Virus record (IMG/VR): IMGVR_UViG_3300031184_000005
Coordinates: 1 to 38,469 of that record
DNA: 38,469 bases
Strand: one strand, 5' to 3'
From: a virus
Taxonomy: Duplodnaviria; Caudoviricetes
Shown here: one piece after another, positions 24,519-34,142 of the stretch
How positions within the stretch are numbered: the stretch's first letter is position 1
Layout of the letters: each line of letters opens with the position of its first letter
Notes under the pieces: model-generated
The model's input: the letters and a program-made list of their open reading frames with translations, nothing else
The model's database searches: none
What the model was told of the DNA's origin: nothing
Program-made: the position numbers and the translations under genes

Positions 24519-25070
24519 TCAGGCGTTGTCGGATGCGGCGAGGAACGCGACTTCCTGCCACGACGCCGCGCCCACCGCGCTGGCGTTGTACAGCAGGACG
24601 AGCACACCACCGGGGGCGATGGCTCGGGAGCCGGAGCCGCCGAGGTCGATGTTGGCGTCGTCGACGGTGATCGTGTGCGTGTTCAGCGGGATCAGGACCA
24701 GGAGGTCCCCGTCGACCGCGCCGACCTTCGTGATCGTGTCGAGCTGGTCGTTGGGCGCCGTGTCGGACTGGGCCGACAACCGCACGTAGCTGCCCGTGAC
24801 GGTGGCGACACCCGACGCGATGGTGACAGCCTCGACCGCGCCGAGGGACAGCTTGGGGAAGCTGGCCCGGCCCGTCGCCGACACGGCGGCGAGGGTCGTC
24901 GCTCCGGTCACCGCCAGGGTCTCACCGACCGTGGCCAAACCCGTGACCCGCAGGTCGTCGCCGACCAGCACGTCATCGGTGGCCACCACGTCATCGGTCG
25001 CCACAGCACGCTGAGGCGGGGCCGACACACCGACCTGCGACGCACCCTGAGCCTTCGTAGACCTCGGCAT
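24519..25070 (-). CDS. Putative head fiber/decoration protein
   Basis: GGGAG RBS; beta-rich, DQLDTIT...DGDLLVL...W.EV. Confidence 0.6.
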   Translation of the reverse strand: MPRSTKAQGASQVGVSAPPQRAVATDDVVATDDVLVGDDLRVTGLATVGETLAVTGATTLAAVSATGRASFPKLSLGAVEAVTIASGVATVTGSYVRLSAQSDTAPNDQLDTITKVGAVDGDLLVLIPLNTHTITVDDANIDLGGSGSRAIAPGGVLVLLYNASAVGAASWQEVAFLAASDNA

Positions 25071-25243
25071 CACGCACTCCCGTTCGTAGAGTTCCAGTCC
25101 CCAGCAGGGCAGTTCTGCACGCCGTCGCGTTCGTCGAGGGGCGCCCACCCGCACACCGGGCAGGCGATTGGCCGGTCGTTGGCCCGGTCACGCGCCTCGG
25201 CGGCAGCGGCACGGTACAGGTCGGCCAGGCCCTCGTAGCCCAT
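25070..25243 (-). CDS. Small Zn-binding protein
   Basis: PIACPVCGWAPL...NCPAGDW. Confidence 0.65.
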   Translation of the reverse strand: MGYEGLADLYRAAAAEARDRANDRPIACPVCGWAPLDERDGVQNCPAGDWNSTNGSA

Positions 25244-25782
25244 CAGTCGATCCTCGTGAAGGTGACCACGACCAGGCCGACGCTCGACGCGTACGTGTCG
25301 CCGGCGTCGTCGCCCAACCGGTCGACCGACACGCTCAGGATCGGCGACGTGCCGATGAACCCATCCACCGGGGTGGCGATCGCAGAGGTCTCCGTCGGGA
25401 GCGCGTAGAACGACGTCCCCGCCGCGCCGCTGCCCACCGACGCGGCGGGGATGGCGATGGTCGTCAACGACAGGGCCGTGGTCGACGACCCGAGCAGCGG
25501 GTACCACAGGCCGTAGCGGACCTGGAAGATCACGTTCCCTGTCCCGGCGCCTTCCTTGCACCAGGCCCAGCGCATGGCCACCGCGCGCCAGTCGGCCCCG
25601 CACGGCAGGGTCGTCTCGCAGGACGTGGTCCCCGTCGCGGTCATCTCCCGGCGGGCCAGGGACGTGGGGCCGCCGGTGTCGCCGATGAGGGTCCCGCCGT
25701 GGAGGTCGTGCGCCCACGCGTACAGGGGGTCATGCGCCGAGAAGTACGACCCGGTCGCCGAGCCCTTGAGCGAGACGGTCAT
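25243..25782 (-). CDS. Putative virion structural protein
   Basis: Beta-rich; paralogous to the C-terminal domain of 25784-26458. Confidence 0.6.
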   Translation of the reverse strand: MTVSLKGSATGSYFSAHDPLYAWAHDLHGGTLIGDTGGPTSLARREMTATGTTSCETTLPCGADWRAVAMRWAWCKEGAGTGNVIFQVRYGLWYPLLGSSTTALSLTTIAIPAASVGSGAAGTSFYALPTETSAIATPVDGFIGTSPILSVSVDRLGDDAGDTYASSVGLVVVTFTRID

Positions 25783-25783
25783 G

Positions 25784-26458
25784 TCACTGGCCTCTCGTCA
25801 TCGACGCGAACAGGAGACCGACCGGCCCGGCGAGGGTGTCCGCTGCGTCGCCGCCGACCCGCGAGATGCGCAGCACGTAGAAGCTGGCGAACGGGCCGGG
25901 GTCGAAGCTGATCGTCGTCCCGATGATCGTCCCGCCCACGATGCTCGTCGTCGGCACGTTCGCCGCGGGTGCGGTCTCGGTGAACGTCCTCGTCGCGATC
26001 GTCCCCGCGGCGGTGAGCGCCTGGGTGGCGATGTCGCACTCTTTGATGTCGCAGTCGAACCGGACGTTCCCCGTCGTCGTGTGGTCGTTGACCCACTCGA
26101 AGTAGACGCCGATGGTCGAGTCGAGCCACCACTCCTCGACCTCGAACCCGATGTACACGTTCGTGGTGACCCCGTCGGGCAGGTTGACCCGCGGGAACCC
26201 GTCACCGAAGTTCATCACCGCGGTCGGCGAGCACATCTCCCCCGCGGGGAACACCCGGCCCTCGCGTTCGATCCCACCGAACGTGGCCGGCGTCCCGAAG
26301 CGGCCCGTCTTGAGGACCCCTGCGACACGCAGGTCACCGGGGACGGTCAGGTCCGACGTCCCCGTGAGGGTGACGTCGGTGTTGGGGATGCGTAGTTGCC
26401 GGTCGGGGATCGACGCGCCGGCGGCGGTGGCCCCACCTGAGCGGGTGTTACGGGCCAC
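25784..26458 (-). CDS. Putative virion structural protein
   Basis: MARNTRSGGA...; TGNVRF and RVGGDAADTL motifs shared with the downstream gene. Confidence 0.6.
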   Translation of the reverse strand: MARNTRSGGATAAGASIPDRQLRIPNTDVTLTGTSDLTVPGDLRVAGVLKTGRFGTPATFGGIEREGRVFPAGEMCSPTAVMNFGDGFPRVNLPDGVTTNVYIGFEVEEWWLDSTIGVYFEWVNDHTTTGNVRFDCDIKECDIATQALTAAGTIATRTFTETAPAANVPTTSIVGGTIIGTTISFDPGPFASFYVLRISRVGGDAADTLAGPVGLLFASMTRGQ

Positions 26459-26463
26459 CGGGG

Positions 26464-26751
26464 TCAGCCCGCGTGGGCGGTGTCGTAGGCCTCGCGGACC
26501 GTCTTGGGGACCGGGCCCGAGTCGGACACGTCGTGGCCGTTCGCGCGGGCCCACTCGCGGAGCTCGGCGGTGGTGGGAGCGGGGACGGACTCGCCGTCCC
26601 CGCTGCCCCCCGCGGTGCCCCCTGCGGCATCGACGTTGACGGGCGGATCGACGGGGGTCGGCTTGCGCAGCATCTGGTCCACGCTCGGCTTCGTCGTCGA
26701 CACCGGGACCGGCCGCTTCTCCAGGCCCTGAGCCCGCGTGATCCGCGGCAC
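26464..26751 (-). CDS. Protein with Lsr2-like C-terminal DNA-binding domain
   Basis: ELREWARANGHDVSDSGPVPKTVREAYDTAH; no Lsr2 N-terminal dimerisation domain. Confidence 0.8.
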   Translation of the reverse strand: MPRITRAQGLEKRPVPVSTTKPSVDQMLRKPTPVDPPVNVDAAGGTAGGSGDGESVPAPTTAELREWARANGHDVSDSGPVPKTVREAYDTAHAG

Positions 26752-26753
26752 GG

Positions 26754-27239
26754 TCAGGCCACCGTGGCGTTCGCGTCGATCGGGACGTAGCAGAGCGTCC
26801 ACTTCGTCGACCCGGTCGTGTCGGTCCCCGTCGTCTGGAGCTTCGTGACCCCGGCGGGGAGGACGAACCCGCCGCCGACAGGCGACTTGGCGGTGACGTG
26901 CGTCGGGACCTCGGTGCCGCCTTCCTTCTGCGTGCCCAGCAGGGCCGCCTGGATGCCATGGACCGTGTAGAGGGTCCCGGCGATGTCGGACGTGCAGACC
27001 GTCGCCGCGGACAGGTCGCCGACAGCGCCGACGTCGGGGTCATGGACGACGTTGAGGCTGTTCGCTGTCCCGTCGAACACGACGGTGACCTCGCCGATGA
27101 GGAGGGTGCACAGGACCCGCCCGCCCGACACGGTGAACAGGGTCTGTAGGCCGGTGGCGGGGAGGATCGCCGTGGCCTTCTGGACGGCGACACCGAGCGC
27201 GATCGACCGGACCGTGTTGGGGTCGATGAGGGTGGTCAT
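26754..27239 (-). CDS. Putative capsid decoration/structural protein
   Basis: Beta-rich; second gene after the capsid. Confidence 0.6.
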   Translation of the reverse strand: MTTLIDPNTVRSIALGVAVQKATAILPATGLQTLFTVSGGRVLCTLLIGEVTVVFDGTANSLNVVHDPDVGAVGDLSAATVCTSDIAGTLYTVHGIQAALLGTQKEGGTEVPTHVTAKSPVGGGFVLPAGVTKLQTTGTDTTGSTKWTLCYVPIDANATVA

Positions 27240-27673
27240 GCCGTCACGCTCGCCAGGCGCACCGGGCCACGCTGGGAGTGCGGGTCGACCAGGATCGCGG
27301 TGACTGTCGCGGAGCCGTCGGCCGTGCACTTCACGTACGGCTTGCCGTCGGGGCACATGGAGGCGTCGATGTAGGCGACAGCGTGGTCGCCGGTCGTGTC
27401 CGACGGCGTGAACGTCTCGCTGGCCGGTGACACGGCGACCTCGACCCACACACCCGACGCCTGGTCGTTGGACCGCTGGTAGAAGTGGTCGATCACGTCA
27501 GGCGTCGACGTCGACCCGCCAGCGGCGTTGTTCGAGAACGTGATCGTCGCCGAGGTGGCCCCGTCGACCTCGAACACGTGGAACTCCACGCCTCCGTAGT
27601 CCTCGAGGTTGACGTACACGTCGTCGGCGGGCATCACCGCGTTGTAGACCCGCCCGAGTGCTTCCATTGCCAT
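27236..27673 (-). CDS. Putative capsid decoration protein
   Basis: Directly after the capsid gene; GAGG RBS. Confidence 0.6.
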   Translation of the reverse strand: MAMEALGRVYNAVMPADDVYVNLEDYGGVEFHVFEVDGATSATITFSNNAAGGSTSTPDVIDHFYQRSNDQASGVWVEVAVSPASETFTPSDTTGDHAVAYIDASMCPDGKPYVKCTADGSATVTAILVDPHSQRGPVRLASVTA

Positions 27674-27707
27674 GGCTGGTGTCCTCTCAGAAGTTCCGGG
27701 TCGGGGG

Positions 27708-29099
27708 TCAGGCGCGCTCGGCGAGCTGCACGAACGGGGACAGGGTCGGGCCGCCGTTGTTCGGGGTGATCGCCGTCTCCAGCCACTCGCGGCCGTCGGT
27801 CCGGGAGATCATCCGGGTCACCGTCTTGTCGCTGGTGAACTTGACGTGCGGCGAGCTGTCGACCTGCATCATCTGCCGGTCGCCGATCAGGTAGTAGCCG
27901 AGGTCGATGAACGACACGTCGCCCTCGTTGCCCAGCGACGGGACCTTCTCGGTGATCTCCACGGGCCGGCCGAGGATGCGGGCCGGGGGGCCCTCGACGC
28001 CGTTGTTCAGCCAGATGGCGCTGCCGCCGGTGCCGACGCTCAGGGCCATGGTGGCCAGCTCGGGGAACGTGTCGGGCGACACGACCCAGGTGGCGTTCCC
28101 GAGCGACGAGGGGAGCATCCGGGAGTACATGCCCACCAGGTTCTCCCACACGATCGTGTCGGCAGCCTGGGCCTCCTTGGCCTGGGTCACCATCGACGAG
28201 GCGTTGCGCCAGCCCTTCGGCTCACCCGCGCCGTTGCCGTTGATGAACGCCAGATCCTCGTACCAGGCGTGGGCCTGCGGGATGATCTGGTCGAAGAACG
28301 CAGCGAACGCCGGGGCGTCGGCCAGCAGCTCGTTGGGGATCGTCGCCAGGCCCGTCAGCTTGTTCGCTTCGAGCGTGACGCTCTTGAACTGGGCCTCGGA
28401 CTCGGTGAGCTCCGCGCCTTCCTCGGTCCAGTAGAACACGACGCCGCCGAACACCGAGGTGACGTTCGACGTCGAGTCCACCGCGGGCAGCGACAGCTTC
28501 AGCGACGACATGGGGATGACCCGGGCACGGGACCGCACGAGCGACGACTCGAGCGACAGGGCCATGATCTCCTGCCGGAACTCCTCCGGCACGAGGAACC
28601 CGCCGTCGGCGGGGATGATCGAGCTGTACTCGTTGCGGACCGTTTCGAGACGGTCGCGCTTGGCGATCAGGTCCTGGCGGTTCGACAGCTTCCCGACGTT
28701 GTGCCAGGTGGCCTGGAAGAACTCGGCGATCGACAGGTCGTCGTTCCCGAAGATCCCGTCGGCCTTCTTGCCGACGGCCCGCTGGTTGTACAGGCGCCGT
28801 TCCTTGCGGTTGCGGGGCTTGAACGGGTCTGCGCCGGCCAGGTTGAGCCGGGACACGTCGACGTTGTGGTCGCGGAGGTAGTTCCCGAGGGCCTTCTGCG
28901 TCTCGACCTTGATGGTCTCGCCGATGGTGTTGCCGGACTCGTCCTTCTGCTTGGTCAGCGTCGCCCGGGCGTAGTTGGTGATGAACTCACCGAACTCGGG
29001 CTTCGAGGTGCCGTCGGCGTTGAAGAACTTGTTGACCAGGTCGCCGGAGCCGAGCATGTCCTCGAGCTCGTTGGGCGCCGTGGGCATGGTGTCGGTCAC
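27708..29099 (-). CDS. HK97-fold major capsid protein
   Basis: DGGFLVPEEF, ELLADA, AFINGNGAGEPKG, ILGRPV, R.DG motifs. Confidence 0.95.
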   Translation of the reverse strand: MTDTMPTAPNELEDMLGSGDLVNKFFNADGTSKPEFGEFITNYARATLTKQKDESGNTIGETIKVETQKALGNYLRDHNVDVSRLNLAGADPFKPRNRKERRLYNQRAVGKKADGIFGNDDLSIAEFFQATWHNVGKLSNRQDLIAKRDRLETVRNEYSSIIPADGGFLVPEEFRQEIMALSLESSLVRSRARVIPMSSLKLSLPAVDSTSNVTSVFGGVVFYWTEEGAELTESEAQFKSVTLEANKLTGLATIPNELLADAPAFAAFFDQIIPQAHAWYEDLAFINGNGAGEPKGWRNASSMVTQAKEAQAADTIVWENLVGMYSRMLPSSLGNATWVVSPDTFPELATMALSVGTGGSAIWLNNGVEGPPARILGRPVEITEKVPSLGNEGDVSFIDLGYYLIGDRQMMQVDSSPHVKFTSDKTVTRMISRTDGREWLETAITPNNGGPTLSPFVQLAERA

Positions 29100-30073
29100 C
29101 GGATACCTGCTTTCGCGATGGCCGCCTTGAAGGCGGTCACGGGGTCTGTGGTTGCCGCGGCGCGGCGGGGTGTGGTGCGACGACGGTTCTCGGGAGGCAT
29201 CGGCATCGGCTCATCCTCCTCTTCCTCGTCCTCGTCGTCCTCGCCCGGGTCGTCGGGGTCAGGCTCTTCGTCCTCGTCGGGGTCCTCGTCAGGATCAGGC
29301 TCGGGCGCGGCGGCCGGCTTGCCGTCCATCCGCTCATCAGCGAGCCCTTCCTTGACGGCGCGGGCCGGGCCCATCCACGTCTCGGCGAGCATCAGCTCAC
29401 GCATCGCCTCGGCGGACTGGCCGGTCTTCGCTGAGTAGACCTCGGCGATCTCGGCCGAGACGGCGTCGAGCATGTCGGCGGCGGACAGCATGTCCGCGGC
29501 GTTCCCGTACGCGAACGTGCTCGCCTCGTGGATCATGATGAACGCGCCGGCGCCGATGCCGACGGTGTCGGCTGCGATGGCCACCACGCTGGCGGCGCTG
29601 GCGGCGAGGCTGTCGACGGCGGCGTAGGTGGGGCCGCTGTAGTCACGGATAGCGGAGGCCATGGCCAGGCCTTCGAAGTAGTCGCCGCCGCCCGAGTTGA
29701 TGTGGACCCGCACCGGTTTGCCGCCGGCGTCGGCGAGGTGCTGGCGGACGATCGACGCGGAGACCTCGTCGTCGAACATGACGAACGACGTGATGTACCC
29801 GTCGACGTAGATGTCGACCTGGTCGCCGTCGGCCTGCGACCACACCCGCCCCGTGCGTTGCGCCACAGGCGCCTCGACGGCGGCGACTGGGCGGCCGACC
29901 AGCGACGACAGCTTCACGCCTGGATGGGACTCGGCGAACGCAGCGACCCTGGTCGCCGACGCCGCGGCGGCTCGCCCGCGGGCCTTGTCGTCGCTGCTGT
30001 CGAGGGTGGCGGCCATCGCCCGGAGCTGCGCAGCGTTCCCGAACACCAGCTCATCGGGGTCGATGGTTGCCAT
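29096..30073 (-). CDS. ClpP-like head maturation protease
   Basis: INSGGG, AASAASV, IMIHE, ETWM motifs; acidic C-terminal linker. Confidence 0.92.
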   Translation of the reverse strand: MATIDPDELVFGNAAQLRAMAATLDSSDDKARGRAAAASATRVAAFAESHPGVKLSSLVGRPVAAVEAPVAQRTGRVWSQADGDQVDIYVDGYITSFVMFDDEVSASIVRQHLADAGGKPVRVHINSGGGDYFEGLAMASAIRDYSGPTYAAVDSLAASAASVVAIAADTVGIGAGAFIMIHEASTFAYGNAADMLSAADMLDAVSAEIAEVYSAKTGQSAEAMRELMLAETWMGPARAVKEGLADERMDGKPAAAPEPDPDEDPDEDEEPDPDDPGEDDEDEEEEDEPMPMPPENRRRTTPRRAAATTDPVTAFKAAIAKAGIR

Positions 30074-30100
30074 TGGCGCGGCATGTTAACGCCGAGAGTG

Positions 30101-31396
30101 TCAGCGGCGCAGCACCCTGGCGTCCGGCGCGGGCTCGTCAGCGGACTCGGGGTCGCCTGAGGGCGCGGCAGGCGCCGCGGGCGGGCCGACCCAACGCATC
30201 GGCCCCAGGCCCATCGCCGCCAGGCAGTCGTCGGGGTCCCAGCCCGCGGACACCAGCGTCGACGCACCCGACACCTGCGAGTCACGGTCAGCGTTCACCT
30301 GCTCGGGGTCATCACCCGACGGGTCGTCGTAGTCGAAGAACAGACCGGCGGCGGTCGGCCCGAACATCGGCAGGAACCCGTGGTTGAGGATGTCCCGCCA
30401 CCGGTCCAGGCGCTCCGAGATGACCCACTTGGAGAACACGTACTCGGCGGCCTGAGCGGAGGCACGGTTCACGTCCTCGGACTGCCCGAGCATCGTCTTG
30501 GAGACGCCGAACGCCTCGCGGATCACGTCCTGCCCGACCTGCCGCAACTGCACGAACTGCATGTCACGCTGCGTGTACTTGACGTCGATCCACTCGCCCT
30601 CCTCCAGCAGGGCGACACGGTGGGCGTTCTGGACGCCCTTGTGGTTGGACTGCCACCGCCGCCGCCACTTCTCGAACTCGGGCTGATCCATCGTCCGTTC
30701 GAGCTTGATGATCCCGCCCGGGGTGGCGTCGTTCAGGAAGAAACGCCGGTTCCACTCGGCCGAGAACCGGGTGGCGTCGATGTCGACCAGGATCGACTGG
30801 ACCGGCCCCAGCCCGCGGTACGGGTCACGCGGGTTCGGCATCAACGGGCGCAGCACCTGGTCCACGCCCAACGGGACCTCTTCGCCACCGGGCCCGCAGT
30901 ACACGTAGCCGACCAGGTACTCGACCGGGTCCTTCACCGGGATGACCCGGTCGGGGCGGACGGGCCACAGTTCGAGGGGGGCGTCGAACCCGGTGGCGCG
31001 GGCGACGACCCAGCATCCCTCGCCGGTCAGGTCGAGGTGCTGCTGGGAGGCTTCGAACAGGAACCGGCCGGTCATGTGCTTGTTCGGCTTGGCCAGGACG
31101 TCGAGCGCCAGGTGCGAGGTGACCTCGCGGCGGGGTTCCTCGCCGGCGATCCGGCCCCTACCGTCGCGGTCGCGCCACAGCCGCCACGTCGCTTTCGCCA
31201 CACCGGTCGACGTGCGGTTCACGATGGAGAACAGCGTCGAGTTGCCTGAGGTGCCGGCGAGTTGGGCGTCACGGTTGTCGCCTGACGCCAGGCCCGACCA
31301 GCGGCCCTGCCGTGTCCCGGCGCGGGGCACGTACGGGACGGGGGTGGCGTTGCGTACCGCACGGGCCGCTGAGCGGAGCGGGCTACGCATCCTCAT
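30101..31396 (-). CDS. Portal protein (HK97 family)
   Basis: PNKHMT, LWPVRPDRV, YRGLGPVQ, FFLNDATPGGII motifs. Confidence 0.93.
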   Translation of the reverse strand: MRMRSPLRSAARAVRNATPVPYVPRAGTRQGRWSGLASGDNRDAQLAGTSGNSTLFSIVNRTSTGVAKATWRLWRDRDGRGRIAGEEPRREVTSHLALDVLAKPNKHMTGRFLFEASQQHLDLTGEGCWVVARATGFDAPLELWPVRPDRVIPVKDPVEYLVGYVYCGPGGEEVPLGVDQVLRPLMPNPRDPYRGLGPVQSILVDIDATRFSAEWNRRFFLNDATPGGIIKLERTMDQPEFEKWRRRWQSNHKGVQNAHRVALLEEGEWIDVKYTQRDMQFVQLRQVGQDVIREAFGVSKTMLGQSEDVNRASAQAAEYVFSKWVISERLDRWRDILNHGFLPMFGPTAAGLFFDYDDPSGDDPEQVNADRDSQVSGASTLVSAGWDPDDCLAAMGLGPMRWVGPPAAPAAPSGDPESADEPAPDARVLRR

Positions 31397-31692
31397 GGCC
31401 GGTCATCATCGCCCATCAACGCTTCGAGGGCGAGCATGGACACCCCGGCGGTGGCCCACGCGGCGCCGGTCCCGAACGTGGTCCACGCGGCGGCGACGAA
31501 CGAACCGAACCCGCCGACGGACAGGACCGGGGTCCGCCAGTCGACCAGCGCCCCCACCACCACACGGGCGGAGGGGGTCCGGCGGCGGAGTGCCGCCCAG
31601 TTCTGACGGAGACGGGCCACGGTCGACCGGGGGCGCAGCAGCACCGGCGACGAACCGGCCCACACCGGGCGGGGGACACGGGCGGTCGACAT
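31393..31692 (-). CDS. Membrane protein between terL and portal
   Basis: Two hydrophobic C-terminal segments. Confidence 0.6.
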   Translation of the reverse strand: MSTARVPRPVWAGSSPVLLRPRSTVARLRQNWAALRRRTPSARVVVGALVDWRTPVLSVGGFGSFVAAAWTTFGTGAAWATAGVSMLALEALMGDDDRP

Positions 31693-31961
31693 CACAGGGT
31701 GACCGCTGCGTCGAGCCGGGCGCAGCAGCCGTCTGGCAACCGGTCGTCGTCGCTGAAGGGCACGACGCAGGTCACCACGGGGAACGTGCCCTCGCGGCTG
31801 ATCAGGTCTCCGACGCCCCACGTCGTGGGTTCCGAGATCGGCTGGTCGTCGGGGACCATGCCTCGGGTGAGGTCGTCGTCGATGAGCGTCGCGCCGCACC
31901 ACGAGCACCGCTGGCGCAGGCGGTCGTCCACGCAGATGGGTTGGCCGGCGATGTGGATCAC
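31692..31961 (-). CDS. Hypothetical Zn-binding protein
   Basis: H.AG...QRCSWCG..L motif; GTGA-coupled to terL. Confidence 0.6.
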   Translation of the reverse strand: MIHIAGQPICVDDRLRQRCSWCGATLIDDDLTRGMVPDDQPISEPTTWGVGDLISREGTFPVVTCVVPFSDDDRLPDGCCARLDAAVTL

Positions 31962-33328
31962 AGGGTGCGGTCCCAGTTCCGGGGGGCGCTGGCGATCTGA
32001 TGCACCACCAGGTAGCGCACACAGTCAGCGCCGTGGTCGTTGACCTTCAACGGATGCTCCTTCGGTGCCCGCTTGTCGGCCGACTGGCCTGTCGTGTCCC
32101 ACACGTACCCGGGGATCTCTTCCTCGGTGCACGTCGGGAGCTTGCGTTCGGCCAGGTCGGGGTCGCGCTCTATCAGCGAGTCTCGCATCAACCGGAGCCG
32201 ACCGGCCCTGAACGCGTCGGCGACGGCGTCGAGGCCGAACTTGACCCGCTTGTCCGCCGCCCTCGTCCCACGGCCGATCCCCCGTTCGAGGGTGGCCCGG
32301 TCCTCTGCGTCGTGGTCGGTGATCACCGCCCGCGGGGTCGGCTCTGTCCAGCGCCGCCACCGGCCGCCCACGTGCACCGCGTCGGGGCGGCCCGGGTCAC
32401 ACGCCACGGTCACGCAGTCCATGATCTGGGCGGCGTGGTCCTGGACGATCCGGCCCGTCATGTACAGCTCCCGGTAGCGGACCAGTCCGCCGTCAGGGTC
32501 CTGCGCCCACCACTGGCACACGAACGGGTTCCGGTACCCGAAGTCCACGACCCACCAGCGCGGCCAGTCGTCGGGGATCGGGTGACGGTCGATCAGGTGG
32601 ACGGCGGGGTCGTAGTCCTCCCAGATGACGCCCTCGGCCGCGACCCACAGGCCATGCCGGTACCGATGCAGACGGACCCCGGTGAGCGCGTCGAGGCGGG
32701 CGATGTACGCCCGTCCCCGCTCGGTGAACGACCCGTCAGGGTTCGTGATCGTCGGGTTGTCCTCGTGGCGCGACTCGATCAGCGTCGTCGCCCCCCGCAC
32801 GCACCGCTGGTTCAGCCAGTGCGTCGGAGTGTCGGGGTTCGTGTCCGCCAGCAGCTGCTGGAACGACACCCGCCCGTGGCGCAGCCGGATCGAGCACGAC
32901 TCCCAGTCGGTCTCGGTCAGCTCGATCGCTTCCTGCACGTAAATCACGTCGTACTCGGTCGACATGATCTTTGTAGGACGGTCGAGGCCCCCGAGGTTCA
33001 CACGAGACCCGTTCGTGTACCGGTACCCCGGCGGCTCACGGCTCGACCCGCCGAAGTAGGCGACCATGCCCGTCGACAGCGCCTCGACGATCACCTGCGT
33101 CTCGAACGTCGCCAACGCCGAGGACGGCAGGTCGACGGCCCGCTTCCGGACGATCAACGCACGGGCCCCAGGGTTGGCCAGCATGACCGCGTGGACCTTC
33201 TCCAACGCGGCACGGGACTTGCCTGTCCCGGCCGGGCCGGAGATCAGGACCTCGTCGTCTCGGCACGCCCACAGGGCGGCGCACCCGCCCTGCGGGCGGT
33301 ACACGTGCTCGAGCGTCGCGGCGGTCAC
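31958..33328 (-). CDS. terL: Terminase large subunit
   Basis: Walker A GPAGTGKS, Walker B IYVQEA, DTNP, nuclease VDFGY and NDHGADCVRY. Confidence 0.93.
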   Translation of the reverse strand: MTAATLEHVYRPQGGCAALWACRDDEVLISGPAGTGKSRAALEKVHAVMLANPGARALIVRKRAVDLPSSALATFETQVIVEALSTGMVAYFGGSSREPPGYRYTNGSRVNLGGLDRPTKIMSTEYDVIYVQEAIELTETDWESCSIRLRHGRVSFQQLLADTNPDTPTHWLNQRCVRGATTLIESRHEDNPTITNPDGSFTERGRAYIARLDALTGVRLHRYRHGLWVAAEGVIWEDYDPAVHLIDRHPIPDDWPRWWVVDFGYRNPFVCQWWAQDPDGGLVRYRELYMTGRIVQDHAAQIMDCVTVACDPGRPDAVHVGGRWRRWTEPTPRAVITDHDAEDRATLERGIGRGTRAADKRVKFGLDAVADAFRAGRLRLMRDSLIERDPDLAERKLPTCTEEEIPGYVWDTTGQSADKRAPKEHPLKVNDHGADCVRYLVVHQIASAPRNWDRTL

Positions 33329-33855
33329 GTCAACAGTGTGGGGTCGATCCCCTCGAACCGGTAGTCGATGACGGCCCGCACCAGTTTCTCGTCGACGCCG
33401 GCGTCACACGCGAGCTTCGCTGCGCGGGCGGCGCGGTCCAGCCACGTCTGGTACATCGTCACCGCGATGTGGGGGACGGCGTCGTCGAGGTGGTTGGGGC
33501 CGTACAGCTCGGCGGGGGTGAGCTCACCGACGATCGCTCCGAGGACCTGGGCCATGGCCGATGAGCGGTGGACGGCGTCGAGGAGGGCGGCGACGGGGGT
33601 CGATGAGCGGGCCTCGGTTTCGAGCTCGGCGAGCAGCCCGCCGATCTGACCGTCGAGCTCGGCCCGTTGCAGGCGCCGGACGGCGGTGGCCTTCACCTGC
33701 GGTGACCGGCCACCGTGGGTGGCACAGGTTGTCCCGCCGTGGATGGCCCAGCGCTCGCAGGGCAGGCCGGTGCGTGAGGAGTGGGCGGTGCACTTCCGTG
33801 GGTCCCGCTTCGATGGCTCGGGCGGGTCCGGCCCCTTCGACGGGTCGCCAGTCAT
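33325..33855 (-). CDS. Putative terminase small subunit (HGGxS Zn-finger N-terminus)
   Basis: KCTAHSSRTGLPC...CATHGGRSP; directly upstream of terL. Confidence 0.65.
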   Translation of the reverse strand: MTGDPSKGPDPPEPSKRDPRKCTAHSSRTGLPCERWAIHGGTTCATHGGRSPQVKATAVRRLQRAELDGQIGGLLAELETEARSSTPVAALLDAVHRSSAMAQVLGAIVGELTPAELYGPNHLDDAVPHIAVTMYQTWLDRAARAAKLACDAGVDEKLVRAVIDYRFEGIDPTLLT

Positions 33856-34142
33856 GCCGTCCCCTGGTGGGCACGGAGACGCTCGATCTCGGCGTGGGCG
33901 CTGTCGAGCTGCGCCTCGATACGGTCAGCGTGACGGAGCGCTGCATGGAGACGGGCGCTCAGGTCGTCGTCGGTGGGGCTGGGGCGGGCAGGCAGCAGAG
34001 CCAGCACGGCATCGGCCATCTTGTCGACGGCCTCGTCCCAGTCGAGCCACGCAGCGCCCGTGCTGGCGATGACGGACCGGGCGATGACGGACCGGATCTG
34101 CTCTCGGGTGGGGCCGGGTACCGGCTGGGTGGGGTCAGGCAT
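33852..34142 (-). CDS. Hypothetical protein
   Basis: Coupled ORF; coiled-coil C-terminus; 15-bp tandem duplication at 34066-34095. Confidence 0.6.
   Translation of the reverse strand: MPDPTQPVPGPTREQIRSVIARSVIASTGAAWLDWDEAVDKMADAVLALLPARPSPTDDDLSARLHAALRHADRIEAQLDSAHAEIERLRAHQGTA

Noticed and set aside
24969-25004. 18-bp tandem duplication (VATDDV twice); also the 15-bp tandem at 34066-34095
   Set aside because: Simple in-frame slippage duplications with no sign of further function.
29208-29305. Acidic PDED/EEED low-complexity tract in the ClpP gene
   Set aside because: Ordinary disordered linker of head proteases.
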